Origin: Deltaproteobacteria bacterium
Lineage (GTDB): Bacteria; Bdellovibrionota_C; UBA2361; SZUA-149; JADLFC01
Reading direction: 5' to 3'
NCBI GenBank assembly: GCA_020845775.1
Contig: JADLFC010000028.1
Location: forward strand, 17,642-81,641
DNA length: 64,000 nucleotides
Shown here: piece after piece, positions 45,798 through 56,185 of the stretch
Numbering within the stretch: the stretch's first letter is position 1
Layout: every line of letters starts with the position of its first letter
Translations under genes and position numbers: made by a program
Notes under the pieces: model-generated
What the model saw: the letters and a program-made list of their open reading frames with translations, nothing else
What the model was told of the DNA's origin: nothing
The model's database searches: none

Positions 45798-47894
45798 ATG
45801 TCCAATTACATTGCAATCCTTATTAGCGCGGTCGCACCTCTCGCTGCTATCCTAGGTGTGCTTTTTGCCTATAAGCTGTATCAAGGCATCATTAAGGAGG
45901 CGCCCGGAAACGAAAAGATGAGAGACATTTCAGATCACATTGCGGTTGGCGCGAGAACGTTTCTCACTGCCGAGGGGCGTTATTTGGCGATCTTTGTCGT
46001 CGTAGTGTTTTTGTTGATTTCGGTTACTCCGGCGCTTGGTCTTAAAACTGCATTTTCCTTTTTTCTTGGCGCTGCATGCTCGGTTGGAGCTGGGCTTGCC
46101 GGTATGTTGGCAGCAACTAAGGCTAATGTTCGGACGGCTGCAAGGGCATTTGAAAAGAATCAACCACAGGCACTTTATACCGCCTTTAGCGGCGGCGCAG
46201 TAATGGGTCTAGCTGTTGCTAGCCTTGGACTCTTAGGTGTGGGTGTGCTGTTTTACTATTTTGGTTTTCTTTCCTATTATTTTTTAAGCGGCTCAGAACT
46301 AGCGCTAAATAATATTTCTGGCTTTGCAATGGGAGCCTCGTCGATTGCGCTATTTGCGCGCGTCGGTGGCGGCATTTACACAAAAGCTGCTGACGTAGGA
46401 AGCGATTTGGTTGGCAAGGTCGAAGCTGGGATTCCAGAGGATGACCCGCGGAACCCAGGTGTCATTGCAGACAACGTGGGAGACAATGTAGGCGATGTGG
46501 CTGGTATGGGAGCAGATATTTTCGAATCCTATGTTGGCGGAATAGTAGCTACGATTGTTATTGCCATAACGCTTTCACAGGACTGGCTCGCAAAACTTAC
46601 AAGCTTTCAGCTAGGCGATAGCCCGCACTCCTATAGATTTGTCCTGATGGGAACCCCATTGGCCTTGTCTGCAATTGGCTTGCTTGCTTCGCTTGTTGGA
46701 ATTAATTCGATGAAGACTCTTAAGGATAGCGATCCAGCTAGGGCGTTAAGACAGGCTACTATTAACTCAGCGGTAATCTTCTTAGTCGTGTCTTTTATCT
46801 ACTTTCTAGTTACGAGCGTAAATATGGCTGTGTATGCAGCTGTGTTCGCTGGAACGGTCGCTGGCATAGCTATTGGCTTGCTCACAGAATACTATACCTC
46901 CGGGAAGCCTGTTTTTGGAATCGCACAGGCGTCAAAGACGGGTTCTGCAACCAACATCATTAGCGGTTTGGCAGTTGGATTTCTGAGCGTCGGCGCTCCA
47001 GTTATTGGCATATGTTTGGCTATTATTGTAGCGGACTATTTTGCAGGGTTATACGGCATTGGAATAGCTTCTGTGGGAATGCTGGCTACTGTTGGCGTAA
47101 CTATGAGCGTGGATGCTTATGGTCCTATTGCTGACAACGCTGGAGGCATTTCAGAAATGGCCGGCTTAGGTGCGGAGACTAGGGCTATTACAGATAAACT
47201 CGACAGCTTGGGCAATACCACCGCCGCTATAGGTAAAGGGTTTGCGATTGGCTCGGCTGCACTTACCGCACTTGCTCTCTTCTCGGCCTATACGCAGGCA
47301 GTGCCGGTAGTTGGGGGCCTTAAGGTAAGTCTTACGGATCCGAAGGTAATAGTTGGTTTGTTAATTGGTGCTGCTATTCCGGCCATCATAGCTGCGCTCA
47401 CCATGACTTCGGTAGGTAAAGCCGCCTCTTCTATGGTAGACGAAATTCGCCGTCAGTTTCGGGAAATTCCAGGTTTGTTGGAAGGCAAAGAAGGCGTTAC
47501 TGGCGATCATGCGCGTTGTGTGGAAATATCCACAAAAGCAGCGCTAAGGGAAATGATTTTACCTGGATTGGTTGCCGTTATAGTGCCGGTAGCAATTGGC
47601 TTTTGTCCTTTCTTGGGAGCGGAGGCATTGGCTGGCATGCTAGCGGGTTCGTTAGTTACTGGCGTTGTCTTAGCTCTTTTTATGGCAAATAGCGGCGGGG
47701 CCTGGGATAATGCAAAGAAGCTCATTGAATCCGGAGCGATTGAAGGCGAAAAGAAGGGTAGTGATTCACATAAGGCTGCTGTAATCGGAGACACTGTGGG
47801 TGATCCGTTTAAGGACACTTCTGGTCCGGCAATGAATATTTTGATAAAACTCATGTCAATAGTTGCTCTAGTTATTGCACCCCTGTTGGTATAA
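45798..47894 (+). CDS. hppA: Membrane-bound (V-type) K+-dependent-type pyrophosphatase
   Basis: ..[56 protein letters not shown].. and ..[20 protein letters not shown].. are M-PPase signatures. Confidence 0.9.
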   Translation: MSNYIAILISAVAPLAAILGVLFAYKLYQGIIKEAPGNEKMRDISDHIAVGARTFLTAEGRYLAIFVVVVFLLISVTPALGLKTAFSFFLGAACSVGAGLAGMLAATKANVRTAARAFEKNQPQALYTAFSGGAVMGLAVASLGLLGVGVLFYYFGFLSYYFLSGSELALNNISGFAMGASSIALFARVGGGIYTKAADVGSDLVGKVEAGIPEDDPRNPGVIADNVGDNVGDVAGMGADIFESYVGGIVATIVIAITLSQDWLAKLTSFQLGDSPHSYRFVLMGTPLALSAIGLLASLVGINSMKTLKDSDPARALRQATINSAVIFLVVSFIYFLVTSVNMAVYAAVFAGTVAGIAIGLLTEYYTSGKPVFGIAQASKTGSATNIISGLAVGFLSVGAPVIGICLAIIVADYFAGLYGIGIASVGMLATVGVTMSVDAYGPIADNAGGISEMAGLGAETRAITDKLDSLGNTTAAIGKGFAIGSAALTALALFSAYTQAVPVVGGLKVSLTDPKVIVGLLIGAAIPAIIAALTMTSVGKAASSMVDEIRRQFREIPGLLEGKEGVTGDHARCVEISTKAALREMILPGLVAVIVPVAIGFCPFLGAEALAGMLAGSLVTGVVLALFMANSGGAWDNAKKLIESGAIEGEKKGSDSHKAAVIGDTVGDPFKDTSGPAMNILIKLMSIVALVIAPLLV

Positions 47895-47949
47895 GCGTTA
47901 GTATTAATAGTTTAACAATATTACTTAATTAATTGTTTTGAGGCATGGT

Positions 47950-48363
47950 ATGAAAAGAGATTACGAAGTGGTACTTTTGTTGGATCCAGACCTAAGCGAC
48001 GACGGGGTCAAGGATGAGATCGCCAAAGTTGAGCGCACTATTGCGAGTCGCGGTGGTGCAGTTAAAAAGCTCGACATTTGGGGAAGGAGGAGATTGGCGT
48101 ATAAAATTAACAAAAAAGAGTTTGCCATTTACGTCTTGATGGTTTTTGACGGCGATAACTCTTTAGTAGCCGAACTGGAGAGGCAGTTTAGAATTAGCGA
48201 GGTGGTTGTACGATTCCTCTGCGTGCGCAAGGATAAATATGCACCTGATTTTACAGCGCGATTGCAAGACGAGCTTGAAGAAGAGCTGGTTGACGTCATT
48301 AAGGGGGATGAGGAGTTTTTGGATGCAGATGAGTTTGGGCAGGTAGAATCGATTAGTAGGTGA
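47950..48363 (+). CDS. rpsF: 30S ribosomal protein S6
   Basis: MKRDYEVVLLLDPDLSDDGVKDEIAKVERTIASRGGAVKKLDIWGRRRLAY.I is classic S6 with an acidic tail. GAGG lies 6 nt upstream. The track start (TTG 47938) is less likely. Confidence 0.9.
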   Translation: MKRDYEVVLLLDPDLSDDGVKDEIAKVERTIASRGGAVKKLDIWGRRRLAYKINKKEFAIYVLMVFDGDNSLVAELERQFRISEVVVRFLCVRKDKYAPDFTARLQDELEEELVDVIKGDEEFLDADEFGQVESISR

Positions 48364-48368
48364 GATAG

Positions 48369-48920
48369 ATGAGAGTAATATTAACTGACGATGTCGTAGG
48401 AGTCGGCGATATTGGTGACACAGTAACTGTGAAGCCAGGTTTTGGGCGAAATTATCTAATTCCACGAGGTTTAGCCTTGGAGTTCAACGCTCGTAAGGCT
48501 AAGAGCATCGCCCACAAAAAGGCGCAAATTGAGGCTAAGAAGAAGAAGTTAAAGGCCGATGCCGAAGGTCGAGCTGCTAGTTTGTCGTCAATAGCAGTTG
48601 AGCTGGGACTGCGCGTTGGAGAGGGTGGTAGAGTGTACGGCTCGGTTGGATCCCGCGACATTGCGCGAGAGCTTGCCAGTAAGGGGTTTGAGGTCGATCG
48701 TCGTAGAGTTCTTTTGGCTGAACCTATTAAGCGAGTCGGAGAATACAAGGTGGCTGTAAAGCTTCACGCGGAAGTTCAGTCTGTAGTTACTGTAAATGTA
48801 GTGCCGCTAGCAGTAAGTAGCAAGGATGAAGATGAGGCGGTCGAGGACGTGAAGGCGCGCTTAGATGCCTCTGCGAGGAAGCAATCGGACGCTCAAGGAG
48901 GCGACACTTCTGCTGAATAG
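48369..48920 (+). CDS. rplI: 50S ribosomal protein L9
   Basis: MRVILTDDVVGVGDIGDTVTVKPGFGRNYLIPRGLA.. is classic L9. Confidence 0.9.
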   Translation: MRVILTDDVVGVGDIGDTVTVKPGFGRNYLIPRGLALEFNARKAKSIAHKKAQIEAKKKKLKADAEGRAASLSSIAVELGLRVGEGGRVYGSVGSRDIARELASKGFEVDRRRVLLAEPIKRVGEYKVAVKLHAEVQSVVTVNVVPLAVSSKDEDEAVEDVKARLDASARKQSDAQGGDTSAE

Positions 48921-48954
48921 TATCCTGTAAGTATCGGCTCGAGTGAGTCATTAA

Positions 48955-49839
48955 GTGTATACATTTAGAATTATCCTAGGGATGCTCTTTGGCTTTTTTC
49001 TGCCGATACTGCTCAGCGTTTGTGCGATTTTCTCGTTATTCGATAGTTCGTTAGGCGTTTCGACTAGAACTGCGGCGCGAGATTTGCAATCTGGCGAAGG
49101 AGTTGAGGAGTTTCAGCCGGAATCGGTAAAAGGCGGAACTTCTTTTGCGGTAGTTAGATCTGACCAGGGCCTAGATCCCGAGCTGGACAGGGCGTTTTTC
49201 CTTTCATTTGTCGTGCGCTTTGATCAGCTACCCACCGTTGGATTTAGACACAACATTATTTCTAAATACGCCTCTAAAGAACACCCGTATCCAGGATGGG
49301 CTATTGCACTTCGCTCCTTGGAGACTTCTATGCGTCCAGAGGTTTATGTAAAGGGGAAAAGCGGAAGCGGCGGTTGGTTTACGTTTGATAGGATTAACAT
49401 CCGGCCTGGTGGTTGGTACTCGTTCTCGCTTTTGTTGAAGCCCAAAGAATTCATGGCTTTGTATGTTCAGGAAGTAGGTGGCGTCGGCGAGGCGACGCAG
49501 TCCGAACACCTCGATACAGGGGTGCGATTTCTGGGTGGACAGGACATTTCTGCTGTGGACATAACAAAAACAGCCTCTGACATTTACCTGGGAACTATTC
49601 GACAGGGACCTACGGGGTTTACCGGCGAAGTGGGGCTAGTGCTGTTAGCGCATCCCGGCGAAATAAATCCGGCGGTAGAGCAGCTAAGGAAATTTTTGCA
49701 GGGAGGGCCAGTCGAAATTGCAAAAAAACTTTTACCAGAGGACATCCAATTGTGGGTTACAGATAAGGGAAAGGACGAGAGCCGCTATGCTCGTATGATT
49801 GAGTTTACAGGTCGTCCATCATGGCAGACAAATCCATAA
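48955..49839 (+). CDS. Membrane-anchored hypothetical protein (possible LamG/jelly-roll-like extracytoplasmic domain)
   Basis: N-terminal TM helix (IILGMLFGFFLPILLSVCAIFSLF). Beta-rich remainder with no catalytic motif recognised. Confidence 0.35.
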   Translation: MYTFRIILGMLFGFFLPILLSVCAIFSLFDSSLGVSTRTAARDLQSGEGVEEFQPESVKGGTSFAVVRSDQGLDPELDRAFFLSFVVRFDQLPTVGFRHNIISKYASKEHPYPGWAIALRSLETSMRPEVYVKGKSGSGGWFTFDRINIRPGGWYSFSLLLKPKEFMALYVQEVGGVGEATQSEHLDTGVRFLGGQDISAVDITKTASDIYLGTIRQGPTGFTGEVGLVLLAHPGEINPAVEQLRKFLQGGPVEIAKKLLPEDIQLWVTDKGKDESRYARMIEFTGRPSWQTNP

Positions 49840-51920
49840 AGTGTTTGGTAATTATCGCCCTTGTTATTAGTGTTTTATCCTCGTTTCTTAAACTCGCGAC
49901 TTTACCAGCTTTTATAATCCCTTCCTGTCTTGCCATTTTCGCGATTGCATTCTCGCTTAATTTCTGGCGAGACGGCCTGGCTTACTTCTTCCTAGGCTTT
50001 GCTTTTTGCGTTGTGCCAGTTTTTGGTAGAGGTGCGGTCAGTGTGTACATGCTTGGCTGGCTTTTAGCAAAAACCCTTAGATTTAAAGGTGCTTCTAATT
50101 CTGGAGATTCATTCCTCAAAAGCCTGTCATTGCGCCAACAATACGCATTACTTGGAATTGCGCTGATTGCTGTTTCCCAGGTGTTGGGATTTGGGCAATC
50201 GGTTTGGTTTTTTTTCGACGAATATCGCATAGCATCGATACTTGCCTTTGGAAAAATTTCCGGCCTGTATCACTATCTCACGGCAAACGCCGAACCTTGG
50301 CTAGAGGCATTGCAGTCGCTAACTACCTGGGTAATAGCGCTGTTGCTCTGTTTTTTTATTTGTCGTGACAAGAAGGTAACTAGCGAACAAGGCTTTGTTC
50401 TTGGTCTACTAACGGGAGCTATGTTTGCCGCGGGCTATGGAGCTTGCCAGGTGCTAGAGTTTCATACTGCCTGTTCCTTTAATCGTTCGGCGTTTTGGGT
50501 TTATGCCGGTCGTTATGGAGCGAGTTTTTCGGATCCAAATTCTCTTGGCATTATGGCAATTTTAATCGTACCGATTCTCTTGTGGAAGGCTTTTTCAAAT
50601 CGCTCTTTAGAGGGCGAGAGCTCTGTTGGCTCATCGCTTGCGCGTTTAAGTCAACGCAGCATATTTGCGCTTGGCGCCGTTACCCTATTTGGAGTTTCTC
50701 TTTGGTCTGGCTCTCGGACCTTTTGGCTAGGAGTCGCTTTATGGCTTGCATACTTCGGGTGTAAACAATTCCTGCCGATTGCTACTTCGAAACCTGCGCG
50801 GCGCATTGTTGTTTCCTCGATGTGGCTGTTAGCTTTAGCGGCTATTGTCGGGATTTTTGGCTATCCATCGCTTAATGAAAGATTACAGGCGGGCGCTTCT
50901 GGCATGGCGAGTGTGCAGCGAGTACTAAAAACCCTTAACTGGGACACGGCTGAGGAGATGTTTAGCAGTCGCCTAATATTTGCAAGAATCGCAGCGGAGC
51001 TTTTTTTAAAATCTCCCGCGTTTGGTATCGGCATGGGGGCTTTTCTCCAATCCGTTCCTGCAGCAGCAAGGGATTTGGGAATAGAGCTAAAAGGCTGGCA
51101 GGATAACGCCAACAACTACTATTTACACGTTTTAGCTGAGCAAGGTATTGCTGGTATTGTAGCCGTTGTAATGGCCTTTTGTCTAATCGGCCTCGGCGTT
51201 TTTGGAGCAAGCCGCTCGGAGAATGCTGTTACGGACGGCGTCTCTATAGGCATGACAGGCCTCATCCGTCCGATCTCTATAATCGTTCCTATTTTGCTCC
51301 TTACTGGCCCGCACATTCACTTCGAGGAGGTGCATTTTTTGCTCGCGGCGTTGCTTGGTTTTGGCCTTCAGCGCGGAGATGGGCAGTTTTTAGATATGAC
51401 TAGTAGTCGCATGGTCATTGCATCGAGTGTGTCGATATATTGCGCCATGTTAATTCTTTTAATTGCTTATGCGGCGAAATTTGATTGGACAGATAATGCC
51501 CGCTTTCGGCATAAAGGGTTTTATGGTGCTGAGCAGGGAGAACGAGGTGAGGGCGATGTGGTAGTTTGGACAGCCGGGAAGGCGAATCTCGTATTTTGTC
51601 CTGAGAGTAACAGCCCAATAAGAATGGAATTTCGGGCAGCGCACCCAGATTTAGCTAAAAATCCGGTGGCGGTCACGTTTATCTGGCAAAATACAGTTCT
51701 GGGCACGCGGAGCATCATTGCTCAGAACAGCGCCCGGCTAACTGACACTGCATGGCAGAGGGTATCGCTTGGCGGCGAGCTAGGGGGTGTTTCTAGTAAT
51801 ATTCTATTAACTATAGAAGTCGATAGACTGTGGAGTCCGAGAAAATATAATTCATCAGGTGATGCGCGTTGGCTGGGCGTTCAGGTTCGATGGCCCGAAA
51901 GTGCGTGCGATGTGAGGTAA
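49821..51920 (+). CDS. O-antigen ligase/polymerase-like polytopic membrane protein with C-terminal soluble domain
   Basis: More than 10 TM helices. A large loop followed by ..SGSRTFWLGVALWLAYFG.. resembles the Wzy_C/O-antigen ligase domain. About 180-aa C-terminal non-membrane domain. Confidence 0.5.
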   Translation: MADKSIKCLVIIALVISVLSSFLKLATLPAFIIPSCLAIFAIAFSLNFWRDGLAYFFLGFAFCVVPVFGRGAVSVYMLGWLLAKTLRFKGASNSGDSFLKSLSLRQQYALLGIALIAVSQVLGFGQSVWFFFDEYRIASILAFGKISGLYHYLTANAEPWLEALQSLTTWVIALLLCFFICRDKKVTSEQGFVLGLLTGAMFAAGYGACQVLEFHTACSFNRSAFWVYAGRYGASFSDPNSLGIMAILIVPILLWKAFSNRSLEGESSVGSSLARLSQRSIFALGAVTLFGVSLWSGSRTFWLGVALWLAYFGCKQFLPIATSKPARRIVVSSMWLLALAAIVGIFGYPSLNERLQAGASGMASVQRVLKTLNWDTAEEMFSSRLIFARIAAELFLKSPAFGIGMGAFLQSVPAAARDLGIELKGWQDNANNYYLHVLAEQGIAGIVAVVMAFCLIGLGVFGASRSENAVTDGVSIGMTGLIRPISIIVPILLLTGPHIHFEEVHFLLAALLGFGLQRGDGQFLDMTSSRMVIASSVSIYCAMLILLIAYAAKFDWTDNARFRHKGFYGAEQGERGEGDVVVWTAGKANLVFCPESNSPIRMEFRAAHPDLAKNPVAVTFIWQNTVLGTRSIIAQNSARLTDTAWQRVSLGGELGGVSSNILLTIEVDRLWSPRKYNSSGDARWLGVQVRWPESACDVR

Positions 51921-51921
51921 T

Positions 51922-52950
51922 ATGATTGAGTGTGTTCCCAATATTAGCGATGGACGGGATCGCGGCAAGATAGACTCGATTGCTTCTTATGCAGCGAGCG
52001 TTAAAGGTGTCCATTTGCTGCACGTCGATCCCAATCCGGATGCTAATCGCAGCGTAATAACAATGCTAGGTGAACCCGATGCTGTTTTGGAAGGCGCGTT
52101 TAGGTTATATGAGCGATCTAAGGCTCTAATTGATATGGAGATGCATTCTGGTGAACATCCCTGCATTGGTTCGGTCGATGTTTGTCCGTTTGTGTATCTG
52201 CGAAGTGAGTTCAGGGCTGCTTGTATAGAGGTAGCGCACCAGTTAGGGAAAAGAGTTGCTAGCGAATTGCAGATTCCCGTTTTCTATTACGGAGAGGCTG
52301 CGACGGAGCGAGTTGGTAGAGATTTAGCCAGCTTGCGCCGTGGTGGTTTTCTAGAACTGCCGGCAAGATTTGCCAACGGTTCGCTAGTTTCCGATGAGGG
52401 ACCGAATAGGGATCATAGGACATTTGGTGCTACCATTATAGGGGCTAGACCCGTGCTCATTGCGTTTAACGTTAGTCTCCATACGTCCAATGTCGGTATA
52501 GCTCGAAAAATCGCTGCGCGTTTAAGGGAGAGTGGCCGCGTAGTGGGCACGAACGCCCAGGCCGGAAGTCAGCGCGAGTCGGGGGCATTGAAAACCGTAA
52601 AAGCTATTGGTTGGGATATGCGAGGGTATGGTTGCTGTCAGGTGTCTACCAATGTGACCGATTTTAGGGTGGCAGGGCTGCATCAGGTGTTTGAGAGGTG
52701 CGTGACGCTAGCGAGCGAGTTTGGTGTTAGGGTGATTGGCAGCGAGATCGTGGGGCTGGTTCCCGAGGAGGCGATGGTGCTGGCAGGAGAGTATTTTGCA
52801 AGATTAGGAGGCTATAACGAGTCACCGGTAAAGCGCGATAAATTGATAACACTCGCCATTAAGAGCTTAGGTCTTTCTTTGCATTCCGAGTTTGTGCCAG
52901 AGGAGCGCATTTTAGAACGGGTCTGTAGAGCGCACGATCTAGTGATCTAA
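51922..52950 (+). CDS. Glutamate formimidoyltransferase (formiminotransferase domain only)
   Basis: MIECVPNISDGRD.., ..LHVDPNPDANRSVITMLGEPDAVLEGAF.., ..GEHPCIGSVDVCPFV.., ..IGARPVLIAFNVSL.., ..VSTNVTDF..GLVPEEA.. align along the whole FTCD N-terminal transferase domain. No cyclodeaminase domain. Confidence 0.8.
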   Translation: MIECVPNISDGRDRGKIDSIASYAASVKGVHLLHVDPNPDANRSVITMLGEPDAVLEGAFRLYERSKALIDMEMHSGEHPCIGSVDVCPFVYLRSEFRAACIEVAHQLGKRVASELQIPVFYYGEAATERVGRDLASLRRGGFLELPARFANGSLVSDEGPNRDHRTFGATIIGARPVLIAFNVSLHTSNVGIARKIAARLRESGRVVGTNAQAGSQRESGALKTVKAIGWDMRGYGCCQVSTNVTDFRVAGLHQVFERCVTLASEFGVRVIGSEIVGLVPEEAMVLAGEYFARLGGYNESPVKRDKLITLAIKSLGLSLHSEFVPEERILERVCRAHDLVI

Positions 52951-53400
52951 GCTAAGTTGCCTGCGAGCCTCGTAAAGGACTATCGAAGCTGCGTTGGCAA
53001 GGTTAAGACTACGCACCTTTGGGTTATCCATGGGAATTAGGCAGCGGTGGTTAGCGTAGAGTTCGTGCAGGTGTTGCGGTAGACCTGACCCTTCGTTGCC
53101 AAAAACTAGGTAGTCGCCGGAGCTATATTTTACGTCCCAGTAATTAGTCGTTGCATGCGAACTAAACAGCCAAATCTTTTCTGCTGCTGCCTGAGTCGCT
53201 GCTAAAAACTTATCCCAGTTACTGTGAACAAGCATCCTAACTTCTGGCCAGTAATCCAAGCCAGCCCGCTTTAGGTAGCGATCCTCAAGTTTAAATCCTA
53301 ATGGCTCAATTAGATGAAGTAAGCAGTTAGTGGCGGCCGTTAACCGCGCAATGCTTCCGGTGTTCTGCGGCACTAGAGGTGCGACTAGAACAATATTCAT
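52939..53400 (-). CDS. trmL: tRNA (cytidine/uridine-2'-O)-methyltransferase TrmL (SpoU family)
   Basis: MNIVLVAPLVPQNTGSIARLTAATNCLLHLIEPLGFKLEDRYLKRAGLDYW.., ..LVFGNEGSGLP.., ..IPMDNPKVRSLNLANAASIVLYEARRQ. Start taken at MNIVLV. Confidence 0.8.
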   Translation of the reverse strand: MNIVLVAPLVPQNTGSIARLTAATNCLLHLIEPLGFKLEDRYLKRAGLDYWPEVRMLVHSNWDKFLAATQAAAEKIWLFSSHATTNYWDVKYSSGDYLVFGNEGSGLPQHLHELYANHRCLIPMDNPKVRSLNLANAASIVLYEARRQLSLDH

Positions 53401-53435
53401 GCTGCTTGCGCTTGCATCGGCAGACACTGTGCCAC

Positions 53436-54668
53436 TCATGCAATTGAACCCTGTATATATGTGGAAAGAGGTTGCTCGGCGGTAGAGGGCTCAAAAAACC
53501 TTAGTATTTTTTTTATCACATTTTCTACGAGATAGTCTGGGCAACTAGCACCGGAAGTTATGGCTATTCGCACTGGAGGTGTGTAGTCGAGCCAGTTTGT
53601 GCTTTGAACGATAGAGCCATTTTTGACGTCGAAATGCCTAATTGTGTAAGCGTCTAAAATCTCGCTTGCATCCCGGATGTAGAAAGTTGGAACGGCCTGC
53701 TCGCAGAGCTCGGCTAAGTGTGATGTATTCGAGCTGTTGTAGCCGCCCACTACTATGGCGATGTCGGCGCCATGCTCAATTAAAGCTTTAGTTGCGTTTT
53801 GGTTTTCGTTTGTGGCGTAACAGAGAGTGTCTCGCGTGTCGGCAAAATGTTCGTCAATTTTATCTTCGCCAAAAACATCGCAATATGCCTGCCGAAGCGC
53901 CGCAGTAATCTGTTTAGTCTCGTTTGCTAACATAGTTGTCTGATTTACAACGCCGATTTTCCTTAAATGTATATCGGGATCGAAATTCCTAGACATGCTC
54001 GGCTTAAAATGCAAGAGAAATTCATCTTTGGACAGAATTCCGCTAATGAAGTCAGTGATTTTTTTTGAATCGGCCAAATCTCGAATTACGAGTGTTGGCG
54101 CAGCCGGCTGACTGTGGGAGAAGGTTGCCAAGGTTTCTTCATGAGTGCGCTTGCCATGAACTATTACCGTAAAACCACTAGCGCCCAATTCCCTAGCTCG
54201 CTTCCATACCTTTCGCACAAAGGGACAAGTAGTGTCGTAGTGCGACTTAACTACGCCACACCTTCTTAGGCGCTCCTGTAATTCCAATGTAACCCCAAAA
54301 GCCGGAGCAATTACAATGTCGTCCGCGGATAACATAGAAAGATCCTGCTCGCAACATGCGCTTATAAACTTAACGCCTCTCTTTAATAGATCATCGTTAA
54401 CCTCCGGATTATGAATCATCTCTCCCAAGAGATATATCTTCCGACCCGGGTTTTCCTCTATCGCTCGATGAGCAATTTCAATGGCATTGTTGACTCCAAA
54501 GCAGAAGCCAAAGTGCCTAGCAATGCTAAAAATTACCGTTAAATAATCAAGAATTATTGGTTTAAAACTTCGCCTCTCGTCGTTGCTTAATGAAGATGTG
54601 CTCTTAATTGCGGTAAGCTCAGATGAGCGGTAGGAGGTAGGTATATCAAATTGTCGTGACATTAACAA
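53436..54668 (-). CDS. ispH: 4-hydroxy-3-methylbut-2-enyl diphosphate reductase (with N-terminal extension)
   Basis: ..FGFCFGVNNAIEIAHRAIEEN.., ..VIVHGKRTHEE.., ..VVGGYNSSNTSHL.. are LytB/IspH motifs. About 45-90 extra N-terminal residues. Confidence 0.85.
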   Translation of the reverse strand: MLMSRQFDIPTSYRSSELTAIKSTSSLSNDERRSFKPIILDYLTVIFSIARHFGFCFGVNNAIEIAHRAIEENPGRKIYLLGEMIHNPEVNDDLLKRGVKFISACCEQDLSMLSADDIVIAPAFGVTLELQERLRRCGVVKSHYDTTCPFVRKVWKRARELGASGFTVIVHGKRTHEETLATFSHSQPAAPTLVIRDLADSKKITDFISGILSKDEFLLHFKPSMSRNFDPDIHLRKIGVVNQTTMLANETKQITAALRQAYCDVFGEDKIDEHFADTRDTLCYATNENQNATKALIEHGADIAIVVGGYNSSNTSHLAELCEQAVPTFYIRDASEILDAYTIRHFDVKNGSIVQSTNWLDYTPPVRIAITSGASCPDYLVENVIKKILRFFEPSTAEQPLSTYIQGSIA

Positions 54669-54844
54669 AAGCTCTCTTAGGTTAGCAATTTGGCTTAAGC
54701 AGACACTCTAGATTAGCACACTTGCTGCGTGTCAGAAAACAGCGACCTTTAAGGTAAATTGTGGTGGAAATAATGGCCCTTTTGGTGTAGAAGTGGATTT
54801 GTCTTTTCTGTCGTAATTACTGAGTATAGGTAGGAGTAAGCACA

Positions 54845-56164
54845 ATGCGCGAATATCGAACTAGCTCGAAGGATCTTTTTTGGTTTCTCGACAACCTCGT
54901 CTTTCTGGCGTTGATGGTAGTTCTGGTTTTTGTAGCGGCGTGTAGTGAGATGTTTGGCGATGGGCGGGAGAGGGCAGCTGCATTTACGGGGGGCGATAGT
55001 TCTTCTCCGGTGGAGGAGAAGGATATTACTTCAAAAAGTGAGAGCAGTCTTGGCGTAGGTGGCACTATCATAAATATTGGCGGGAGTGTAGTCGGTACTA
55101 CTACCCAAGTAAGTGAGCTCTCGAAGTCAGAGAATCTATCTACAAAAACGTCAGTAGCGGCTAGGGCTGAGGCCCCTTCTCATGGCCTTGTTGCCCCATC
55201 CATTAAGTCGATTCGCGAGCTAGAACGCGGCAAACTCATAGCTAGAGACTTGCCACTGGAAGAGTTAGCCGTTAGTCGGGAGCACGCCAACGCTTTTTCT
55301 GGTTTTAAGCCACTTGACGACAGCTCGCTTCTAGCTATGGCCGATACCGGAGTTGCTTCAGACCGCACAGTCGCCGCTGGTGGCACTGTTTTTAGTCTCT
55401 CGTCCTCTGAGACCGGTTTTGTTGCAGAGCCGAGTAAGTCTAGTAGTAGCCTTATCCGCTCATCTAGCGTGGTTAAGAGTGAGAAACGAGAGGTAGCGGT
55501 GAAAGCTGATATAGAGCTTAAGCGAGCAGTTAAGCCTAAGGACTCAGTGGCTAAAGAAAATTCAGAGTCCGCGTCCGCCGAGGAAGTGGCAGCAGGAAGA
55601 GTCTCTAAAAAGGAAGAGGAAGAAAAGGAGCCGGAATTAATATCGCGCGACAAGCCGCTGGCTCCGCCATTAGCGGAAGAGGCAGATCTGAAAGGCTCCA
55701 GTCTTGCGCAGTCGCCTTCGGCGGAGCCGGCTCAGATGCGGTCTTGGGTGGAGGCTGATGGTGAAGAGCCTTTGGATGTATTGTTAGCTAAGTCGCTAGA
55801 GTCTGACGGTTCACGAGAAGCGGTGGCAACCGAGAAGCCTAGTATTAGTTTGACAACGGATGACGCAAATAAAGCATCTATTTCGCCAGAGGAGAGAAAG
55901 GTGGAGGAGGTTAAGCCGCTTAAAACTGAGGCAAAAATTTCGGCGGATGTAGAAAGCAAATCTGCTGGCAAATCCGAAAAATCGCTGGACGGTGCTGCAC
56001 CGCGTGCCATGCTGGCATACCCCACTGCAAAGCAAGCCGGTGTGGTTGAAGATTCTGGACAAATAAGCGGCTTTATCCTTTGGTCATTTGTAGTGGTAGC
56101 CGTTGTTGCCATTGCGCTTTTGTTGTTGCTCATGGCTAGGATGGACGGAGAATTTAGAAGGTAA
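54845..56164 (+). CDS. Low-complexity Ser/Glu/Lys/Ala-rich membrane-anchored protein
   Basis: N-terminal TM (LVFLALMVVLVFVAACS) and C-terminal TM (GFILWSFVVVAVVAIALLLLLMA). The intervening roughly 380 aa is compositionally biased and presumably disordered. Confidence 0.4.
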   Translation: MREYRTSSKDLFWFLDNLVFLALMVVLVFVAACSEMFGDGRERAAAFTGGDSSSPVEEKDITSKSESSLGVGGTIINIGGSVVGTTTQVSELSKSENLSTKTSVAARAEAPSHGLVAPSIKSIRELERGKLIARDLPLEELAVSREHANAFSGFKPLDDSSLLAMADTGVASDRTVAAGGTVFSLSSSETGFVAEPSKSSSSLIRSSSVVKSEKREVAVKADIELKRAVKPKDSVAKENSESASAEEVAAGRVSKKEEEEKEPELISRDKPLAPPLAEEADLKGSSLAQSPSAEPAQMRSWVEADGEEPLDVLLAKSLESDGSREAVATEKPSISLTTDDANKASISPEERKVEEVKPLKTEAKISADVESKSAGKSEKSLDGAAPRAMLAYPTAKQAGVVEDSGQISGFILWSFVVVAVVAIALLLLLMARMDGEFRR

Positions 56165-56185
56165 GGGATACCGAGGAGAGAGGCA

